A stretch of DNA of 63,910 nt, filler included, from Stramenopiles sp. TOSAG23-2 (lineage: Eukaryota), in assembly GCA_900128395.1 (NCBI GenBank). It is 3 parts of 3 records of this genome, joined end to end, with 100 filler letters (N's around TTAATTAATTAA, not from the genome) between each part and the next. Parts side by side here need not be neighbours in the genome. Positions count along the whole stretch, not along the records: positions 46,871 to 63,910 come from LT649659.1; 2 more parts are not named here. The stretch is one strand, 5' to 3'. Below the pieces are notes generated by a model, which did no database searches, was not told the origin of the DNA, and saw only the letters and a program-made list of their open reading frames with translations. Positions 58,297 through 63,910 of the stretch are shown here, piece after piece. Each line of letters opens with the position of its first letter. Within the stretch, counting starts at the first letter, position 1. Position numbers and translations under genes: made by a program.

Positions 58297-59117
58297 GTTT
58301 TATTTTTTTTCACTATGTTACAAAAGCATGTGTCATAAAATGTAAAAATATGATTACGAGGTTTAAAAGAATAAAAATTTTTGATATTCTAATATAGCTA
58401 TAAATATAATACGAGCAACAAATAATAAAAAACACTTTGTTTTTTTTTTACGTCAAATCAACAACGTACGAAGTGTAATAACTTTTAAGATTTAACCACA
58501 ATTTAACCACATTCATACAAGAAGTATATTTACCTGTTGGATTATTTATAAAAAGAAGAGTCTTTAATCAATTATTTCCTCCTGGTCTTGTACAGTAGCT
58601 ATGGTAGACTATCCTCGTAGTATGTCATTGCTATAAAATTATATATGTATTCCCTTAATTGTGCAATTTACTATTACATATCATATTAATATATATTTAA
58701 ATATATATATACAGTATATATATATCCAGATGAAATTTGCGGATATTTCTACTTCGTATCATATATTTTTATATTTTCATTTTGTTGTTTGGAATTTCAG
58801 AAGGAAGGCGCACAGTTTGTAGACGGCAAGCCTTAAGGCAAGCCAGCAAGATGCCAAGTGAAAAAAAATTACGTCAGATGTGATATTTCAGAAAAAATAG
58901 AAATTTTTTTGTTATCGGTTATCCTTGCCATCAACACTGTTCTTCTTCCATCACTGTGTTATTCATTGTAATTTTATATTTGATGATGGAAAGATAAATT
59001 ATTGTATTGTTTCCACTGGATTCTCTGAATTTGGATGGGTACTATTTGCATCATTTAAAGACGTAGTTGGCAACATCATATGGCTGGGTACACCAACATT
59101 CCTCCCTGCTGCTGCTG

Positions 59118-60914
59118 TTAAATTTGACGTTTAGCATTTACATCCAAACCACTTCCATTGTTACCGATTGCTGCCATAGGCAATTGATGCTCCATATTTG
59201 ATATCCCTCCCATCGTTGTCGGTAATGGTGCAATTGATGCTGCGATGGATGCTCCTGGTGTTGGTATTGCATTTAACAAACTACTATTACTACTACTTAT
59301 AAGTGCTCGTATCTTGGCTAATGCAGCACTATCGGCACCACCATCTTGTAATTTTTGTTGCTGTTGCTGCAAAAGATGCAAAGCTAATAATTGTTGTTGC
59401 TGTTGTTCGAACAGCTTTTGCATTTGGTTATTTAATAATAATTGTTGCTGTTGTTGCTGCTGAAAAATTTGACGATTTTGGCGTGCAAATATTTCTTGTT
59501 GTTGCAATGTAAGTGTTGGTACGTTATATAATGCATTTGGTAGTTGTTGAGTGTGCATTGAAATATTTGAAGAAGGGGAAGTAGAAGGATTCCCAACTTC
59601 CGTAAACTTTAATGATGATGATGACTGTTTTTGTTGTCGTTTTTTCCCCTGTGTATGATCAAATGTGACCTCATTTGCACTTTTGGTATATTTTGGAACA
59701 CGTGTCAATGATTTCCATCTAATTTTTACAGCATTTTCTGTGCGTCCTTCAAGCATACTAGCAATTTTACTCCATTTATTTCCCAAACGTGCTTGTTCTT
59801 TCAACAAAAAATCATCCTCTTCATAGGACCAATTTCCACGTTTAATTTTAGGATTTAAATGGTTATTCCATCGTTCACGGCATTGCTTTGTACTTCTTCC
59901 TTGGATTTCTGATGCAACCCTTGCCCAATCAATGATATTTCCAGTAAGATTAACCGCAGGCAAATTGGTAGTATTCCCTCCATTAGCTTTCATATTATTG
60001 AGTTCAACAGCTCCATTTGTTGTAATATTGCTAACTAGAGCATCCCTTTTACCTTGCAATTTCAAATCGGTACTACCTGTTCCAGATATTTTATCTACAT
60101 CATTTGGTGTACTTCTTGTTGTTGAAATTGTAGCATCTGCATTAGTTGGAATCATTGTAGTCGTCGTTGTTGTATTTACATTTACATATCCACGCTGTTC
60201 TTGTTGTTCCTTTAATTGCAAAAGTCTCTCTGCATTCTTTTCCTTTCGTTTCGCTTCTTCTGCCGCGATTTCTCTCTTATCGTTTTCCTCTTTTATTTTT
60301 AAAAATATTTGTTTACGATGTTTTTGTCTTGCCAATTCTTCATAGTAGACACGTACTAATAATTCATCTTCTTCTTTGTCCCATTGACCCTTCCTCAAAC
60401 CCGGTTTTAATACTTTATTCCATCGTTGCGAACATTGTACATGGTTTCTACCTGGCACATGTTGCGCAATTGATTTCCAATTTTTGCAATTATATCGTTT
60501 CACTGCTAATACTAATTCATCATCTTCCCATCGATCCCATTTGCGGGGAACAGTTAAACCAGATAATGCATATTCCGATATTCTCTTTGTGTTTCGTGAT
60601 ACTGGAGAAGAAGAAAAAGATGATGATGATGGCACCGCCGTTTTCCTATGATTTATTTTGCGTTTTTTTTTTATTCCAACTATTTTATTATTGCTTACGT
60701 TGGAATTATTGGTACTATCGCTTTTATTCGTTTTGCAATTACCATTAGTACTGCTACTGTTGCTATTGTTTGCTTTGCGTTTATTACTATTACTATCATT
60801 ATTTTTATTACCATTATTATTCCCTTCGTCTACAATTTCATCATTATCATTCTCAATATCATTACTATATAATCGAGCTGCAAAATTTGCTAATGCTTCC
60901 ATCTGCTTTGCCAT
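59118..60914 (-). CDS. Three-repeat c-Myb-like transcription factor with a Gln-rich C-terminus
   Basis: WKSIAQHVPGRNHVQCSQRWNKVL, GRSTKQCRERWNNHLNP and NKWSKIASMLEGRTENAVKIRW. Confidence 0.93.
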   Translation of the reverse strand: MAKQMEALANFAARLYSNDIENDNDEIVDEGNNNGNKNNDSNSNKRKANNSNSSSTNGNCKTNKSDSTNNSNVSNNKIVGIKKKRKINHRKTAVPSSSSFSSSPVSRNTKRISEYALSGLTVPRKWDRWEDDELVLAVKRYNCKNWKSIAQHVPGRNHVQCSQRWNKVLKPGLRKGQWDKEEDELLVRVYYEELARQKHRKQIFLKIKEENDKREIAAEEAKRKEKNAERLLQLKEQQEQRGYVNVNTTTTTTMIPTNADATISTTRSTPNDVDKISGTGSTDLKLQGKRDALVSNITTNGAVELNNMKANGGNTTNLPAVNLTGNIIDWARVASEIQGRSTKQCRERWNNHLNPKIKRGNWSYEEDDFLLKEQARLGNKWSKIASMLEGRTENAVKIRWKSLTRVPKYTKSANEVTFDHTQGKKRQQKQSSSSLKFTEVGNPSTSPSSNISMHTQQLPNALYNVPTLTLQQQEIFARQNRQIFQQQQQQQLLLNNQMQKLFEQQQQQLLALHLLQQQQQKLQDGGADSAALAKIRALISSSNSSLLNAIPTPGASIAASIAPLPTTMGGISNMEHQLPMAAIGNNGSGLDVNAKRQI

Positions 60915-61716
60915 TCGATTTTCTTCTATTGTTTTGACGTCTCTGCACTGGTCAGTTTGTTTATTTAAATCCTTTTTCCCAGAAGTACCCTACAGGATTT
61001 ATCAAAAAAAATATTTGCTCGTCTGGATCACGTAAATAAAAAAGTTTCAAACTAGGTTAAAAAATTTTTCTTGCTTCTCTTCTTTAAAAACACTATGCAA
61101 AACAATTTTCCTCAACAACACTGTAGTAGATTTTGTTACAAGTTCGTTAACAATTAGTTTTAAAACCTTTCTTCACTTTTTCTTTATTTTTGTTTTGACA
61201 CGTTTGCAACGTTTCTGTTTTCATCTTTGTGAAACAAAAATATATGTTCTTTTTTATTTTAATTTTTCGTCTAACTTATGGTTCTTTTGTGCCGCAGGTA
61301 CTACAAGTAAATAGCATTAGAAAAAAATCTTTTTTTACTCGGACCAAAAAGTGTATGTGTGCATGTTAATGTAGCTATAATTATAATACAATAATACCAC
61401 CGCTCCTTTTTGTGGGTCATGTGATGTATGGTCAGGGAGAAACAGGAAAAATTCCGGCTGAAATGATGAAAGCCTGGAAAGCAAATATAGTGCTCTATAC
61501 TAATACCAGGTAGTGCTATATAATGTATTATTATTATTTTTAAAAAAATATATTATTATTATCTATAATAATATCATAAGTTATGTATAGATAGTACGAA
61601 AGAAACGAAAGAGCAGAGCGGGGGTGAGAATCAGTAACGAAAATAACAAGATATATATTCATTACCTATATATATTTATCACATATATATAATTATTACA
61701 GATATTATATTTAACA

Positions 61717-63741
61717 ATGGGTACATCATCATCGTATTTTTTATTTAGTGGGGATAACGTAATTAGAAAGAAAAGTAAATTATTATCCGATATTAGTAGA
61801 AATAATACATCAGCAAGTAGTGGGTTATTAGTACAACGTTGTTCTCCTTTGGAATATTTACCGTCTGTTATTGCGAAGATGGTATGTGGCTATTTAAATG
61901 CAGGATCATGTTGGTCTTTTTCATCGACTTGTAAAAATAATTATTTTCTAGTAATGAAACGTTTGCAAAGTTACCGATTAGTATATGCAGCAAAAGATGG
62001 TTTAACAGATGTAGTTATACAAACATTAAAAATTAATAATATAAATGTTAATATGAGGGCAGATATTCTAGATGAAGCGGATGATTATTACGGGAAAACA
62101 GCATTGCATTATGCAATCACCGGAGAGACAATAAACAAAGAAATGGCAGTAGCATTAATTGGTCATAAAGATATTGATTTGAACTGCATCGCATATGCCG
62201 TCTCGTATGATAGGGGCTATACACGAATGGAAGAAGATTTGAAAGACCAAAATTTATTTCAATCTAGATTCGATACATTTCGTGTACGTAAAAATAATAA
62301 TGATGATGATAACAACATTATGATTAGTAATGAAAATGGAGTCACGCCTCTTATATCTTTAGCATTAATGGATTTTGATGATATTCTTTCAGAAAATTAT
62401 GTATCTAGTATATATATAACAAATTTATTATTAAACCATCCAAATATCAATACACAAGTGAAAGGTGGTCCAGATTCGACTACTGCTTTTATGTATGCAA
62501 ATGAAAACAATAGAAGTTTAATTCAATATTTGAATCAACATTTACTTCAACGCATTGCTAATGTAATTGAAAATGATGATAATAATATTAATGAACTGAA
62601 CGATAATGGCGATACGTTATTAAACATAGCAATTGCAGAGGGAAATGAGGGGGCATTTGATGCATTGATGAAAGTTAAATCTATTGATATCAATTGCACA
62701 AATGCTAGACAAGCACCGATCGCACAAATTTTTCAAACTGGTCCTATTAATTCACTTCATTTTGATATGTTTCTTAAATTAATAGAAAAAAGTCAAAACA
62801 ATGTAAATAGTAATAATAAAATTATGCTTGATGTGAATGGGCAATCCCATCCTGATCATGCAAGGGAAGATGGTTGTACGGCATTGTTTTACCTGGCGAA
62901 AATGTCTGATAGTAATTTCGATCACATGGATCTGGAAGATGATGTTATCCATGATATGCTATATGATGTTGTACATGCTTTATTGAAGAATTCGGATATT
63001 GATGTAAATCTCAGTTCAGATTATGAAGTAACTCCATTATTTGCTTCTATACAATGGGGAAGCATTGAGTTTACTGAATTATTATTGCAACAAGAAAAAA
63101 TCAATGTCAAAGGTTCTTTACATTATTGCTTGAATGTAATAAAAGAAGATGGCAATTTGAGTCGCAATGCACATTTTGATTTATTATTGCAATGCAAAAA
63201 AATAAATGTCAATTCACTATCCAATATTACATATCAAGGCATGTATAGATTTTATCCTGCAATATCATTAGCGATTTTAGTTAATAATATGTATGCGTTT
63301 AACAAATTATTAAATCATAAACAAATCAAAATTGATGTTAGAACTACTTGTCATGGTGGAACTCCATTATTTGAAGCGATACGTGAACAAAATATAAAAG
63401 CAGTTGAGTTGTTGTTAGAGTCAGGTGCGAATGTTGAGATAGCCCTTAGACGATTTTTACATCCAACAAATTTAAGTTGTATACAATTTCAGTGTGAAGA
63501 TTGTAGTAATAATGTTGCTGAAAGATTTCGTTGTTTAAATTGGGAAGGTGTCACTCCATTAATGCTTGCAGTGCAACAAGATAATTTCGAAATTGTGGAA
63601 ATGCTTATTAAGGCAGGTGCTAATATTAACGTAAAAAATAAAATTGGTGAAAAAGCTATGAATTTTACAACAAAAGATATTCCTAACATTGAACGAAAGA
63701 ATACAGAGAAAATTAGATTTGCATTAGAACAAAAGTGTTAA
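61717..63741 (+). CDS. Ankyrin-repeat protein with an N-terminal F-box-like motif
   Basis: LEYLPSVIAKMVCGYL...FSSTCK, then GKTALHYA, GTPLFEA and GVTPLMLA...AGANIN. Confidence 0.9.
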   Translation: MGTSSSYFLFSGDNVIRKKSKLLSDISRNNTSASSGLLVQRCSPLEYLPSVIAKMVCGYLNAGSCWSFSSTCKNNYFLVMKRLQSYRLVYAAKDGLTDVVIQTLKINNINVNMRADILDEADDYYGKTALHYAITGETINKEMAVALIGHKDIDLNCIAYAVSYDRGYTRMEEDLKDQNLFQSRFDTFRVRKNNNDDDNNIMISNENGVTPLISLALMDFDDILSENYVSSIYITNLLLNHPNINTQVKGGPDSTTAFMYANENNRSLIQYLNQHLLQRIANVIENDDNNINELNDNGDTLLNIAIAEGNEGAFDALMKVKSIDINCTNARQAPIAQIFQTGPINSLHFDMFLKLIEKSQNNVNSNNKIMLDVNGQSHPDHAREDGCTALFYLAKMSDSNFDHMDLEDDVIHDMLYDVVHALLKNSDIDVNLSSDYEVTPLFASIQWGSIEFTELLLQQEKINVKGSLHYCLNVIKEDGNLSRNAHFDLLLQCKKINVNSLSNITYQGMYRFYPAISLAILVNNMYAFNKLLNHKQIKIDVRTTCHGGTPLFEAIREQNIKAVELLLESGANVEIALRRFLHPTNLSCIQFQCEDCSNNVAERFRCLNWEGVTPLMLAVQQDNFEIVEMLIKAGANINVKNKIGEKAMNFTTKDIPNIERKNTEKIRFALEQKC

Positions 63742-63910
63742 TGTGCGAGAGAAGTGAAAAAAGGGAGAGCGTTTTGAAATTAAAATAAAAAAATGAAAAA
63801 TTAAAATCCTGTATATATAATTATGTCGTATATATATAATATATATTATATATATTATTATAAAAGTACATATAGATATACGAGTGTATATATCTTTATT
63901 AATAAATACA

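Overview
AT-rich, gene-dense, almost intron-free eukaryotic nuclear DNA read in the standard code. It is probably a unicellular heterotrophic protist; a stramenopile-like lineage is only an inference from gene content. The window is three contigs joined by artificial N44-TTAATTAATTAA-N44 linkers (23360-23459, 46771-46870), so adjacency across them is meaningless. Many local tandem duplications and one inverted chimeric junction suggest an amplified single-cell or gap-filled assembly. Genes include pirin, a LicD-like protein, a BIVM/C39-like protein, TMEM42, NIPA, two MYBs, AP-1 gamma, NDUFA4/B12D, GT25, two mitochondrial-type PPR paralogues, a gustatory-receptor-like 7TM protein, a SHIPPO-repeat gene with one intron, LSM7, a Pmp-like beta-helix membrane protein, NOL6/Utp22, two LRR proteins, a bacterial-type flavoprotein and an F-box/ankyrin protein. 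The oddest signal is two segments in the PPR array (23921-23965, 24474-24494) that are the exact in-place complement, not the reverse complement, of the expected PPR sequence. Other highlights are a 15 x 174-bp repeat array with variation confined to a few slots, a tRNA-Cys that breaks off in its T-loop, a 200-bp foldback element and a 4-kb ORF-free repeat region.
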